Assembly: GCA_002633005.1 (NCBI GenBank)
Contig: NMRA01000573.1
Coordinates: 189,316 to 253,315, forward strand
Direction of reading: 5' to 3'
DNA: 64,000 bases
Source: Phoronis australis
Lineage: Eukaryota; Animalia; Phoronida
This document shows positions 33,301-46,309 of the stretch, in pieces. A program made the translations under genes and the position numbers. Numbering within the stretch: the stretch's first letter is position 1; each line of letters begins with the position of its first letter. Below the pieces are notes generated by a model. It had not been told where the DNA came from. It saw only the letters and a list, made by a program, of their open reading frames with translations, and did not search any database.

Positions 33301-33702
33301 CTGTTTTGGTGTCTGTCCGACTGGTAATGTTGATGACAGTGCATTTAAGTTGTCTCATTGTTTTCACTCGCAGTGCAAAGCCACCAGTTCCAAGCAAGCC
33401 CAAAACATTGCCAAAACCTATAGTGCCAATATATGGTGTCGGTGTACAGGAGAAGAGTGTGTCCTTCGATCAGGTACACATTAAGTGTTTCATTAATTTT
33501 TCTGTGCTCATGTTTGATGTAAAGAATAAGCAAGAGTTAGTGGTTGGTTTGTGACATGTAAAGTTTTGTATTTCCATTTATTTTTGACTTTTTCACTTTT
33601 AATTATTCACAGGTTCCTATGAGAGGGAATCTCAAGCTTGTGACTAGACTTCGAGGGCCTGCCGGTCGAAGACTTCCCACCAGAATCAACCAGGCTACAT
33701 AG
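24365..33702 (+). CDS. Uncharacterised ~720-aa protein with a TPR-like helix pair, coding minisatellite, coiled coil, Pro-rich tail and C-terminal CPI-like motif (11 coding exons)
   Basis: GT-AG exons with consistent phases: 24365-25447 (acceptor at 24337, in-frame stop upstream of the ATG), 26380-26469, 26772-26818, 27209-27279, 28106-28184, 29188-29287, 30066-30302, 30688-30793, 31767-31926, 33374-33473, 33613-33702. Total 2163 nt, ending ...RLRGPAGRRLPTRINQAT*. Confidence 0.75.
24755..24906 (+). repeat. Coding 30-bp minisatellite, about 5 copies (V[SL]QDVSPxG)
   Basis: VSQNVSPSNG VLQDVSPPGC VLQDVSLPDG VSQDVLPLGC VSQDVSPLGG. Confidence 0.85.
28404..28598. repeat. 64-bp tandem repeat, 3 copies (intronic)
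   Basis: acattgctatgtggaagt... recurs at 28405, 28469 and 28533. Confidence 0.9.
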
Positions 33703-36307
33703 TCACAAGTTGTAAAAGAGTTGTGTGGTGATTTTTGGATATTTTAACAAGATAATGTTATTACTTGAAATGACTGAAGATGCTAAATATTTTCTTTTAT
33801 TTAAAACAAAGATTGCAAACCTGCCTTTTCTCCACTTTTTAAAAGTTTACTATACTGCAGTATATTTAATAGCCAAGTGTGACCTTTATGGCCATGAGTG
33901 CTGCTGGTGCAATCCTTAGCGATCATGAAGTAATTGTTTCTATTTTAAGGTATATTGAGCACTGTGTACTAGGTAATGTGGCTGTTACCTTGGTACATTC
34001 TAGAGCTTTCTACCTTCCTAAAGCCTTTCTAAACTAATGTCCAAGAAGCGAAGTTTCATTTTAAACGACTTTCAGAATCACATATTATATTTGAAAAATT
34101 GGTCTCGATCTGGTCCTTACTCAGCTGAGAAGTGATTTCTCAATTTGCAAGGAGTTGACAGTTCATTATACCCTGAAACCATGCTTGGCCCATAAAATGA
34201 TGCGACGTGACAAGTCAGATTGTAGAGCCTGGTTTGTTAGTACTTTGGAAGACCAGAAATGGCTTTCAGTTTGACAAAAGAACAGTAACATTGAAGACCA
34301 ATCTTATAAGCAGTATGTGGTGTTTCTTAAGGAATGTATGGGTTTATAACCGTTTTTGTTATTAAGAATGTTGTGCAAAGGTTTCTTCCAGGAAATAAGA
34401 AAAATCACAAGTTAAAATTATTGTTATTCCTTAAAGTGGAACTTGCTCGATAATTTTTTAACTAATGATTGCTTGGTCAAATTAGTTTAACTTAAAAACA
34501 TTATGAAGTGTGTTGAAAATTGCAAAATGTTTTTAAGAACGCATTTTGTGTCGAAAATGATTTGCCATGAATCACTCGACTATGTCCAGTAAGTATCGTG
34601 ACATGGTGTTGGGGAATAACACTGCATGATGCTGGCTATGCGAGCCCCCAAGGTGTGTTATTAGTGCACAGGTCACCTATTTGCAATGAATACAACCTGC
34701 ACTTTGTTTAGCATACTATAGCTAATGTTCAAATAGCATTGTTTAGTTCTTGCTGTACATAAGCATAGTCAGGAGCAAGCAAATATATCTTTCATGCTAT
34801 AGCAAAATTAGCAGCAAGAGTCGCTCAAATTCATTGACTTCTATTCATTGCCCCTGAGTTATCTCAAGCAGTACATCTGAAAGGTAAATTATCTTGTTAT
34901 GGTCATGTCGTGCAGTGAGAGTGCAATAACAATAATTATGCAGTTAACGATACCGTACCTACATTTATTCATGCCAACATTGTTCATGGACAGCATATTC
35001 TCAACATTCAACATTTGTCAAATTTTCTATAAACAAAGGAGAAATGTATCTATCTGTTTCACATTCTGAATTGGATCTTGTTGATCCACAATTGCTTCAT
35101 TTCTGTGGAAAGTGCAAGTTGGATATTCACAATTTCTTTAACTTTATAATTTTGAAATTATAATTCATCAGTCTGCCACTAGATGGTGCGCATTACAATT
35201 TACATTCATCAAGTAAACAGTTCTTTCTGTTACAAAATTTGTTCACCTTCATCTCTGTGTCTCCACAGAGTTACAAAATACAAAACACAAAACTATTTAC
35301 AAATTGAACCCATTTCAGAAATACTGCTGCAAGTGAAATCATAGGTTTCTGGAAATAAAAATTATTTAAATCACTTGGATAATAAAACTACAGCTCCACA
35401 ATTGGCCTTATGAATAAAGAAAATTAAGTTAAAGAATGACCTTCAATTATGAAGACATACATAATATATACTACTTTGAATAGCTGTAAAATCTATCAAC
35501 TGTTCTAATATCTTGTGTATTGTTCTTTAATTAGTGCACCAGATATAAAATATTTGTCATTTGTACCCGGCGTGAAAATACAAAAATAGAGTCAAATAGG
35601 CTAAGTACACACATTCAAGTGCTGTCTTGAATAGTCACTCACCACACAGACCATGATAACAATTGTCCTTTCAACTACGATTGCAAACTACTAACAACTG
35701 ACAGCAACTGTTCAAGTTAAAAGGATGCTAAACCCTGTTTTGGCTTGTTAATAGATATTAAGTACTTTCCCATTCCGTTCTCTGAAGCAAAATAATGCAC
35801 TGATACCCTCCACAACGATCAAAAGTTTAGAGCAAAGTTTGAAAATCTGCAAGCGTTACCTACGCTTTAAACGAGTAACACAACTGAAGGGAAAGACCAC
35901 CCACCAAGAATCTTAATACCCATTCTGTGGCACAGAATAAGAGTTTTCAGTGAATCCTGCTTTTTTACTCAAACGGGACCCCAGTGATGCATTATCAGCT
36001 GACAGAACCAGCGTTGTTTGAAATTGTCAAAATTGGATTTAGTATCCATGGAACTTGTGCTAATTCCTTGTCTCTGTGATTACTTGGTCAAATTTGTTAG
36101 ATACACAATGTATATGAAGTACATTCACTTGAAAAATGCCAAATGTTTTTAAGAACGAGCTGTGTTAAAAACGATCTGCCGTAAATCACTCAGCGGTGCC
36201 CCGTAAGTATTGTGACATGGTGTATGGGATTAACATAGCAAGATGCGGGCTATGTGAATGCAAAGGTCACCTATTTGCAGATTTTTTTGTTTAACACAAC
36301 TGCACTT

Positions 36308-36478
36308 TGTTTACCGTAGACGATGTTCAAATAGCATTGTTGTTTACCGTAGACGATGTTCAAATAGCATTGTTGTTTACCGTAGACGATGTTCAAATAG
36401 CATTGTTGTTTACCGTAGACGATGTTCAAATAGCATTGTTGTTTACCGTAGACGATGTTCAAATAGCATTGTTGTTTA
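36308..36478. repeat. 33-bp minisatellite, 5 copies, inside a dispersed repeat
   Basis: tgtttaccgtagacgatgttcaaatagcattgt repeated. The host element (~36100-36530) resembles ~34470-34800, which carries only one unit-like copy. Confidence 0.9.
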
Positions 36479-37904
36479 GTTCCCGATATGCATTAGTGTA
36501 ATTAGGAGCATGCAAATACATTTTTAAACCACAATAAAAAAGACGGTATGAGCAAACATGTACATCCATCGTTTACATTTTAAATCGCATGCACACTATT
36601 CAAGACAACCTTCCACCTTACAGGATTTAGTTCTTCATTGACAAAAAAGCCAAGCAACGTTTTGTAAAATCCAATCCCAGTGCTACCTTTTTATTGGCAT
36701 AGATCACATTTGGGGGCTTTAATATGAGTAGCAAGCACATCTAAAGTTTCCATTTAAAATCACATGAACTCTTCAAGACAACCTTACGCCTCATGGAATT
36801 GGTACTTCATTAGCAAATATCCTAGCAACATTTCACAAAATCCAATTGCAGTACTACATTTAAAAACTTTGTTAGCATAGATTACTTTAGGGTCTTTTTA
36901 TAAGAGGAGCAAGCATTCCTAATTTTACAAAAACAACTGTGAACAGGACACATGTAACTGTAACTAAGTTTGTCACATGATTAATGAAATTGTGTACTAC
37001 ATTTGGCAACAAAAATTATTGCTGAAAAAATACAACTTTTTGCACTGTTGTAATTAATACACAATATTACTCAAGTTGTACAACTACAAGACACTGAATT
37101 ATGTCTCCATGTTAATCCATCACAAGTCAAATATTCACAAAGGCACTTCCAATTTGACTGCTTTAATTACTACACACCATCAATGAGAATAGCATGTCCT
37201 CCAGTTGACTGCTTCAGGCGTGTTGAAGGGAAAATGATAAAATTCATGACTTACATGCAGGATAAAGAATTACAAATACGAGACTTGGAGCACATACCAG
37301 AGGATGGAGATTCATGAACAGTTGGTCGTTCCAGTTGTGAAGTGCCACATACCTTCGATTATTAGTTAATTTTGATGACTGTAAAAATACTATTCCTGCT
37401 TATTAGCGAGCCCACTAGATCTTGCATGCCAGAGGACTTCTACAATGTAACCGCAGCAAACTACATAGCATGCAATTGTCATTATTTTCACTGAGGCACC
37501 ATCTGCACTATTACGAAGTTTATGTAGCTTTTCTTCCTTCAATAGGATGGTTCTGGATTACAAAGAGACACTTGAATCTCACGGCACTTACCCACAGTGC
37601 TGCGACAGTTGTCAAGCAGTTCTCGAGCCTCGTTTTAGTACCGTCGGACTTTCTCATGATGCCTTGCTTTTTTCAAGTTCGTTATTCATAAGGTAGTACA
37701 CACATTGTATGGATAGATGACAAAAAACACTAAGATGTCCGCAATGTCATCTGACTTGTTCTGCTACACAGAAGGCCGGAATTGCTAAGAGTTTAATTAT
37801 GTATGACACATCTGCAATGTCAGTTTATTGTCCACGTCAACCAGACTCGTTCCATTATGCAGAAGGATGACATGACAAAGAATCTCTCAATTATTTGTGA
37901 CAGG

Positions 37905-38003
37905 TCAGTACTGAGAGTTCGTTGCCCTCGTCAGCTTGACTGGTTCTAACATGTGGAAGGATGACAATGGGACCTCTTCATTCGACCCTGACTCTGAGGA
38001 CAC
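37905..38003 (-). CDS. ATP11: Candidate distal alternative terminal exon of the ATP11 gene (VSSESGSNEEVPLSSFHMLEPVKLTRATNSQY*)
   Basis: Acceptor ggcttttgtag|GTG on the minus strand, phase 0, in frame with exon 51233-51407. The 48887-48988 exon has a GT donor directly after its stop, so a further downstream exon is expected. Confidence 0.55.
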   Translation of the reverse strand: MSSESGSNEEVPLSSFHMLEPVKLTRATNSQY

Positions 38004-40368
38004 CTACAAAAGCCAAGTCATATAGTCACGTCTGGCAGATGAACACCTTATTTTGACTCGCAAGAAAGCATTTTATCAAACTTCAACGAAGCTCAAGAAA
38101 GATTAATGAATTAATGGCTTTGAAACTACCTGCAACCTAAGCCAACTTCATTGTGGTGACACACTGAACACAAAGCTGGAGGCAAAGCCTGTATTAGTGA
38201 GGATACTCTAAGTTTTAGTATACACGTTAGTTACGTAAGCCAATAACGACACATATGTGGTATGTTCAGTGAGGGACTGCCAAAGACCCGAGTTGTGAGA
38301 AGTACAACTGGACCCTGTCTACACATTGTGATTGTTGTGTGCAAATTTTACATGCCAAACGTGTGCCATCATCTTTGTCCGGCATCTGTCCAGCTGGCAT
38401 CTATCTGTTGTATCTCCCAAAGTTTTGGGAATGTGGGAAACTTGTTTCCAGGAGGGTGAATTAAGAGGGATCACGACAACTTTCCAACATATCTTTTGCT
38501 GTGCCACCTGCCACCTAGTGTCAATTTCAAGTTTGTGTGCTTGCCTCTATAACAAACTACTTTTTTGAGGATAGGGCACCCCTCCCTCCCCCCAGAAAAA
38601 TGTAGACATGTCATTTCAGGGGCTAAGCGAACATTTTAGAATTATAGTTGTACCCCGTCTTACAACATGCTGGATCTGCCAGGGCATCATTTTTGTTGTA
38701 AATGACTGACACCTAAGACTTTTATATATAATGACAAATCAGTCGGGGTAAACAGATGCTGGGACATGATTTTCGGGCTCAACAGGCGTTTACTACTTGT
38801 CACACCATATTTTGCTCTGTTCTACATTGGAGACTACAGCGCCATCACAACGTTCTCTTTGAAATCAAAACTGGAAATGATGTGAACAAACATTACATAA
38901 CATTCTGCACACAGGCAAACCATGACCGCAGATGGCATTCACAAATGCCAAAGCGTTACTGAAATAGCATCAACCATGTATTGTCAAAAAGAATCACGAC
39001 CGTGTAGACAAGGTTCAGTGACCCCTGTTGAGAGCTATGGTTGTACCGTAGTACTCCAACAGTGGGTGTCAAAAGACAACGTTCTACTAAGTGGTGAATG
39101 GAGGTGACACTATCACCAAGTGCTTTTGGTGATATTAAACTCTGACATCCACATCATCAATAACTGTCACTGTTTAGTTACAGCCTCTCCTGGTTTTACC
39201 TAGCATACTCATCCTGGTTAACACCCAAGGTATTTATTAAAAAACTAAAAAATCAGGGGTTGACCATTAAACCGAGATTGGGCACATGAAAGATAAATTC
39301 TTAAAAAGTTCAGGTTAACAACCACACAGTTGCACTTATGGAATCCATTTAGCAAACAAATTTCAATAAAGAATCACTATTACACTGTGGGCAATGTAAT
39401 CGAATTGCATGAAAACATATGGTGCTTTAATGTCCAGAGAGCATCAATTAACTGTGAGTGTATAATTGACAATCATTTAACGGTGGGAATTCAGAAAATT
39501 AGGGGATCAGCCTTAAGCTGAATATTGGATTTACCCAGGATGAATAAAACTATGTAATAAAGGTACTACACACTAGCCTAGGAATCACAGTAACTGCCAG
39601 CATATTGAAGCAGGATAGACTAAGCACTAAGACAGGGTGCAGTTTGTTTTGTGCAGTTAGTTAACATATCGACATTCACTTGTGTGACTAGTGAAATGAC
39701 TAGGTTCACTGGTGGAAGGTAATCCAAGTATTCAAATCTCGTGAGACCATTAACCCAAGAACAACTCAATGCTGACTAGCAACTCTAACTATATATTAAT
39801 AAAGTGTAAAAATAGTTCCATAAAAATAGCCCACTTGAGCGGCCAATACATGTTTGGTGCAGCGTGTATCAGACTGCTGTACAGTGTTATTATTTTTCAG
39901 GACTCTACTATTTCAATAATTGAAAGGAGCGCCCCCTTGTGAATATCGAGAGTGATGCATAAGTGTCAAAGCCCACAAGCAACAGCAAACATGTGAATGA
40001 GATGCTACACCATTGGAAGCTGGCAAATCTAGGCCACAATTCTGGAAGGAAAATTGTCTGCACAGCCCCTAAAATGGCAAATAGATAACATTTTTGAGTT
40101 GTGTCCACAGAGGGTAAAGCCCAGCCCAAGGTCCCCCCATAAATTTGCCAGTGTTGAATCGCATGAAATGTAACTAGAAGCAATTAACTTTTAGAAGGCT
40201 AATAATCCTCACTTATCTCACAGAGGTTTTCAGAGATTTCAACGTCTACTTGGATAACAAAGAGAGAAAGAGAGAGGGCCTTTTTACTATTGATAATTAG
40301 ATCAAAACTGATTTAGATCAGAACATTCACTTCAAAAACAAAGCGTTCAAACACAGGAACATAACATT

Positions 40369-40854
40369 TTGCACAAGCTTTGCAAAATGACCGATTGGAT
40401 GAAAGAAAAACTGCGAAGAAGCAAACCCTTAATGCAATGTACTTCACCTTGTCATAAGTCTCGTTCCACCAGAACAAAGTAATTTTTCTGTTGGGAAATA
40501 AAATGGGCATCAATGCTAAAAATGTCCTTCTATATAATGTTATTACAAACACAAAGTAATTCTATTAGTACACCTTTGCGATAAAATACAGACACGGGCA
40601 TTTTTAATGAGTTGCACAAGCTTTGCAAAATGACCGATTGGATGAAAGAAAAACTGCGAAGAAGCAAACCCTTAATGCAATGTACTTCACCTTGTCATAA
40701 GTCTCGTTCCATCAGAACAAAGTAATTTTTCTGTTGGGAAATAAAATGGGCATCAATGCTAAAAATGTCCTTCTATATAATGTTATTAGAAACACAAAGT
40801 AATTCTATTAGTACACCTTTGCGATAAAATACAGACACGGGCATTTTTAATGAG
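40369..40854. repeat. 243-bp near-perfect tandem duplication
   Basis: gcacaagctttgcaaaatgaccg starts at 40371 and 40614; about 2 mismatches. Confidence 0.95.
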
Positions 40855-42045
40855 TGAATCTTAGCGCCTAAGGTCACGTGACCTACTTCCAACCACCAAT
40901 TTACATATAAGTGCTGATGCTGTGGAAAGGTGCGGCCAATATGGCAGACTTTCTAAAGGAAGTCCCAAGACACTGATGACCCCATTTTTCAATGCTGCTG
41001 TAAAAAGATTCTGACAGAAGCTTTTGACATACTTGGAAGGGACTTCGCAGCCTCTGTAAGTTCCACCCCAGATGATGTAACAAGCACTGAACAATGGTGT
41101 CAATTACATGTCAAAGTCCTTATCGGGTTAATGAACTCCACATTTGTCAAGTGATACTGCTTCTAAACCAAGTGTGTAAAAGTCTATGGTTGGATTTATA
41201 GCCCAGAGTCGGTGCACATCTATGATAAAGGCACGAATCCAGAGTCACAATCGAGGGTCAGTGCACAGGGGGCACTTGGTAGTTCTCCTTTACAGCAGCA
41301 AAAAACAGACCGAACACCGGCATTTTGTACCCCTGGACCGTTCCTCTGGTTCCATGCTCTTGAAGAGTCATGCATTGCCTGGTTCCATGTTTGCTCTAAC
41401 GCAGACTGTAAAAATTATTCTGCCTCAAACTGCCAGTCAAGAAAGACCTTAATTCATAACTCAGTTGCTACAACGGGCTAACCTGATACAAAGCTCTAAC
41501 TTGCAACGCATAGATCTGTTTTTAATGACACTGCTATTGGGTCAAGGTACAGGTGAAAGCTAAGTGCAGAGCATTTTGCAAGCGTTCTGTGGCCAACTAA
41601 GCACTCAAGACAAGACAAGTTGAGAATACCTTTAGGTCAAGTCAGTACTAGAGGCGTGACAAACCTAAGAAGATAGAGGCAGAGAAAAGTAGTGACACAC
41701 GCACAGGGAAAAAAGATTCTTCAAACAAGAAACTATAGTATAAATTTCATTCTTGAGTCTTGTAAATATACTTATATGCAACATGGCATGTGTCCATCTG
41801 TACATGATTATATTAACGTTCCAAAGAGATGAGACATATTTATTGTAAAAATGTTTCGTTGTGCTTGTAAATAGTGATTTATTGCTCAATGTGATTACAT
41901 GCTACACATAGGACTGTATTCAACAGTCAATGAAATAAACAACCAATTTTAGAGGCATTTTGAGCGTTTGTAGTCAATGAAACTGTGACAGTTACGGAAG
42001 GAGTCTTTTTTTTGATTTCTTAATAAACGATGCAATGCCATTTAA

Positions 42046-45000
42046 GAGACAGTCCATATAAAAACCAGTAGATTTTCAAAAATCAGTCTATACGTCAAAA
42101 TTTAAAACAATTTCATTTTTTGTACATGGGTAGGTATCCTAACATAAACCCGAATGCCAAATTTTGTGCACTCAGTGACCCCTAATTTCGCCGCTGGAGC
42201 ATGATAACACAAATTGGCACAATTGGGCATATAAGCCGTCTCAAAAATCGCATTTTTTCAGCAACGAAAATGAGTAACATACAAAATAGATCAAAACTTA
42301 TATTTTGGAGGCTGAAATAACCAACGTATACTGTACATAATTCTGTGTCATTTATTAAAATCTGACAGTTTTGTGCTAGACAGGGGAGATAATCCACAGA
42401 CCACTTTTTGGGGGCTAATTTTAGTGACCATTTTTGTGACCTTCTGACTGCCATAAAACACCTTGTAGCCTTATGTGACTTTTTGAACATACAGTTAAAG
42501 AGTTAGTCTTGATGACTGAGCAATAAAAAATCTTGCCTCAACTTTGCACCTTAGTGAAAATTGTCTTGCAAAACTGCCTATTTTCATAGCTTGGAAATGA
42601 CGAGCAGAGTTTACAGACCATTTGAACAAACTTTTAGGCAATAAGTCTGCTTTAAATAGTTATAGAAACCAAGTCTTAACTCTTTCAAATGAAAACAAGA
42701 TGTTTTCCGGGTTTACTACGCGGCAAGTATCAAACATGAAACCGATGACCTTTGCCCACTGAGGGAGTCAGTTGAGGTTAAGCTTGAGGATATATAAAAA
42801 TGTACGTGTAACCCTCTTGTATTCTTTCATTTCAGGTTAATTTAAAAACTCTGTAGAAATTTTAAATGGAAATAAATGCCTTTAAGATTAAACGAGTAAG
42901 AATTGATATTTGTAATGACTGGATTTGAAAGAAGCAAGTGCATTTTAAAAAGACAAAATGGCGGACGATGTCGATGGGCCTTCATGTTCCTTTAGAGTTT
43001 ATTCTGCAAAAAATCCGACCACAAAAGCTTTGTGCCTTAGTGAGTTAAAGACACCACTGAACATTTGAGATACAGGAAAAGCAAGGCCTGTGCCAGAGTA
43101 AGGACTCGTACTACCCAGAGTCGGTGAATTTCTGACTGAACAAGACCAGTCATGGAAGAGTCAGGTAATGCTGGATGTTACCACTCTGCTCCTCTCCTGA
43201 ACGTAGCAGCCTTGTCAAATTCTACCGGCATTTCTGTTTCGAGATATGACCTGAGTGAAAGTCAGAATGGAAAGGATCTCTGTGATCGCAAGATCGCTCC
43301 ACTCAAACAACATGCAAAGTACTTTGAAGCCGAAGGTAACAATATCATAAACTTTCTGGATTTGAAAGAAGCATTACTTTCCAGTGGCCGTGTGAAGGAG
43401 TGTTATGTGTATGCATGTTCAGTCAATGCAACAAAGTCTTTTCCAAAATACTCAGTTCCTAGTATAAGCACATTCCCAAATTCCCACTATTCCACCCAAG
43501 GAATTCGCGTGTGGAAATCGTTCCATGTAGGTGACGGTAAGTTCTTACAAATACTGAGAAAACGGGAAACCTATTTCTCTAAAATACACTAACATCTCTC
43601 TCAGACATGGCGGATTTTCAACACCAAGAGTTAAGGTTGGCACTGTATCAGATCTGGTGAAGAGCCCCAACAAATGTTCCCTTGTACCCAGCAAGGTTAC
43701 TCGAAATTTTTTGCTACACGTATGACCACATCGCACGACAGTGGTCACAAATGTTTTCAGATGCAAGAACCGGAGCGTCATTTGAGACAGCCTCAGAGTA
43801 CTATTTCGATGAGACGATTGCTGAAGCAATAGGTTAGGCATTAAAAAAGGTAAAGGTCAACAAAATTTTCAGCAATGGTTATAGAACTTTCTGACGAACA
43901 TATTCGATGAAGGAGATAAGTCAGGTAAAAACGTTCACCTCGGAAGTGCCAAAATGGAGAAAACATTGCGAGAACCTACTGGTAAAGTGTTTACCTGTGA
44001 TATTAAGTGAATCGCAGATTGGTGGATTTTTGGAGGTTTTCTGCAGCAATGTTTATGACGATGTAATTTCTGCTGAAGATGCTGTTATATCGACAGATTT
44101 ACTGAATGAAGTTTAGCCTAGTTTTGTAGCATACTAGTCAAAGATGTGTGATATATGAAGTCGAGACCGTTACTTCTGTTTACTTCATGTCTGTCATGAA
44201 CGAGTCATTAATAAAATTGTCTCTCGTGAATTATTTTCTATTGGCTGTGAATGTGTACCTTTTTATACCACTGATGATCACACTGGCAGAAATATTCAGC
44301 GTTAGGGTGCCCGGTGTGTGGGGGGAACACCAGATTTCTGGCGACTGGTGGCGACTAAAATTTGTAGCAACCGGCAGGGACATTACAATATGAACCCAAC
44401 GTTACAATGACTATCGACAAGTTGAAGGATTTTTTGCACTGAACACTAGGGAGGCATATCCACCTTGGACGCCTTCTTTTGCCTGTGGCACGAACAAGGC
44501 AGATAGACAACTAAGACAGGGGTGAGTTCAGTAACACTAGAACCTCTCTAAAATTTATCCAAAACCACGTGTTCTTATTTAAAATGCAGGGCAATATTTC
44601 GCGAAGTCTTGAATTATAGCAAGGTCCTTTTGTTACTGCTCTTATTCTAGATGCGTCTTCAGTCTCTACGTAAACAAAAGCAGCGCCATCTATCATCATG
44701 CCAGTTGATTTACGTTACATATTTTTGTAATTAGCAATAATCATCAATGCCGTTTTCAGAGAATGGTAATTAATAATGCTGTCTGCCTTTTCTCCAAAAT
44801 ACAAGGTTTTTATGTCGTGTTTCGCAAGCTAATTGTATGTTCCAAGAGCCCCCTATTGGCAGCAGAGGCAACTGAGAACGTGCAAGAGGACGAAGTGCAG
44901 TTCGTGTAATGCTTCGTACGCAAAAACTGCATTAGAGGCAAGATTTTTTATTTTACATTATGAACAGGTTAGGAATGACTAAACAGATTATTATAAAGTC

Positions 45001-45415
45001 AATTTCTAGAAAGGTGCGTTATGGCTGCTACAGAGTGCCAAATTTGGCCGAAAATGGCTTCAGTGAAAAACTGAAAAATAGCCGTTTTTGCCTCACAAAT
45101 TCAAAACGTACAAATTTAAAAATGGATTTTGAAAGTTATACCATTAAATTATTCAGCCACTGTCCTTTCAATTCGTATTATTAATTTGTTTTGGCCTTAC
45201 CTCACATGCTAGTAAAATGCATTCAAACATGCCTACTTCGACGCCCAATTTTGTTGCAAAATGGAGGTACAGGTCATAAAAAGAAAAATGATTGAAAATT
45301 CTTAAAAAGTGAGGTTTTTCTACATCTCAACAAACCAAACTCATGTGCTAAGTTTCAAAAAAATCGGTGATTTTGGGTATAGACTCTACCTGTTGGTTTT
45401 TATATGGAGTCACTC
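42046..45415 (+). mobile_element. Decayed Sola3-type DNA transposon inside the candidate last ATP11 intron
   Basis: TTAA|GAGACAGTCCATATAAAAACC...GGTTTTTATATGGAGTCACTC|TTAA: TTAA target duplication, GAG...CTC termini and imperfect terminal inverted repeats, the hallmarks described for Sola3. Internal transposase remnant present. Confidence 0.75.
43152..43592 (+). pseudogene. Transposase fragment (DDD-type, Sola-like)
   Basis: SGNAGCYH...RYDLSESQNGKDLCDRKIAPLK resembles the SDNAGCYH...GKDxCDR motif of invertebrate transposases. The ORF is truncated on both sides. Confidence 0.7.
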
Positions 45416-45793
45416 TTAAATGGTCTAATACAGTGTATCGGTGTGCAGAAATCAACCTTGCACCCGGTATCAGAACAGAAGATGACCGACACGACATTGC
45501 TGTGGAAATTACCTTTCACAGCTCCAGTTAAAATACTGAGAACTCTAGCCAACAGCTTTTGATAATACAATGCATTACATGCCCGATTCAGAGGTAATTG
45601 AAAACTATGTAGTCCACAAAAGTACGTAACACAAAAAGTGGCAGATCTAAGGGGTCTGATGTATGATCAGGAGCAGTTACTTGACGAAGGCTCTTGACCA
45701 GTCTTCCTATCCCCAGGTCACTACTTATTTACACCCCCATGCACAACCCATCCATGTTTTAGATTCAGAACCATCAGTGCTGTCCTATCTTTA

Positions 45794-46309
45794 GTCACTT
45801 TCCCGTTAGAAGCAAAACTTCAGTAAAAGCGAAGTAAGTGGGAAAGGTTAACTCCGGTGGTTAATCTGCAAGCAAAACTTCGCTTAAAATACAATGTAGA
45901 ATTTAAAAGCAAAGCTTCGTTCTTCAGTGTAGTGGGAACACCAAAAGCGAAGCTTTGACGGAGTAATCGATAATTGTCGCGGCAACGATATAGTACGATC
46001 ACGCGAGACTTGCAAAACTGATTCTTTGTTATTGTAGAATAGCCGACGTGCTCTCAATAGATGGATGTTAATAAATACAAGAAAGTATATCTGAGGAAGA
46101 ATGACACCGGTCCTTTTCATAAATGCTTCGTAAATGGCAGGCGAATAATTTTCAATTAGAGTGGAACCTACTACTCAATATTCGTTTGAGAGTACGAATG
46201 ACCAGCGTCGTTTGTTGTCATAGCGATAACTTCCGACACTGCTGTTTAGTGGGAAAGGTAAGCGAAGTTTCGGCAAAGCAACCGAAATTCTCCTAATGGG
46301 AAAGCAACG
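45794..46309. mobile_element. Probable MITE with imperfect terminal inverted repeats
   Basis: ctttcccgttag...ctaatgggaaag ends, internal agtgggaa repeats, CpG-rich relative to the surrounding intron. Confidence 0.5.

Noticed and set aside
36308-36478. 33-bp direct repeats as a possible CRISPR array
   Set aside because: Units are head-to-tail with no unique spacers, no cas genes are present, and the context is eukaryotic.
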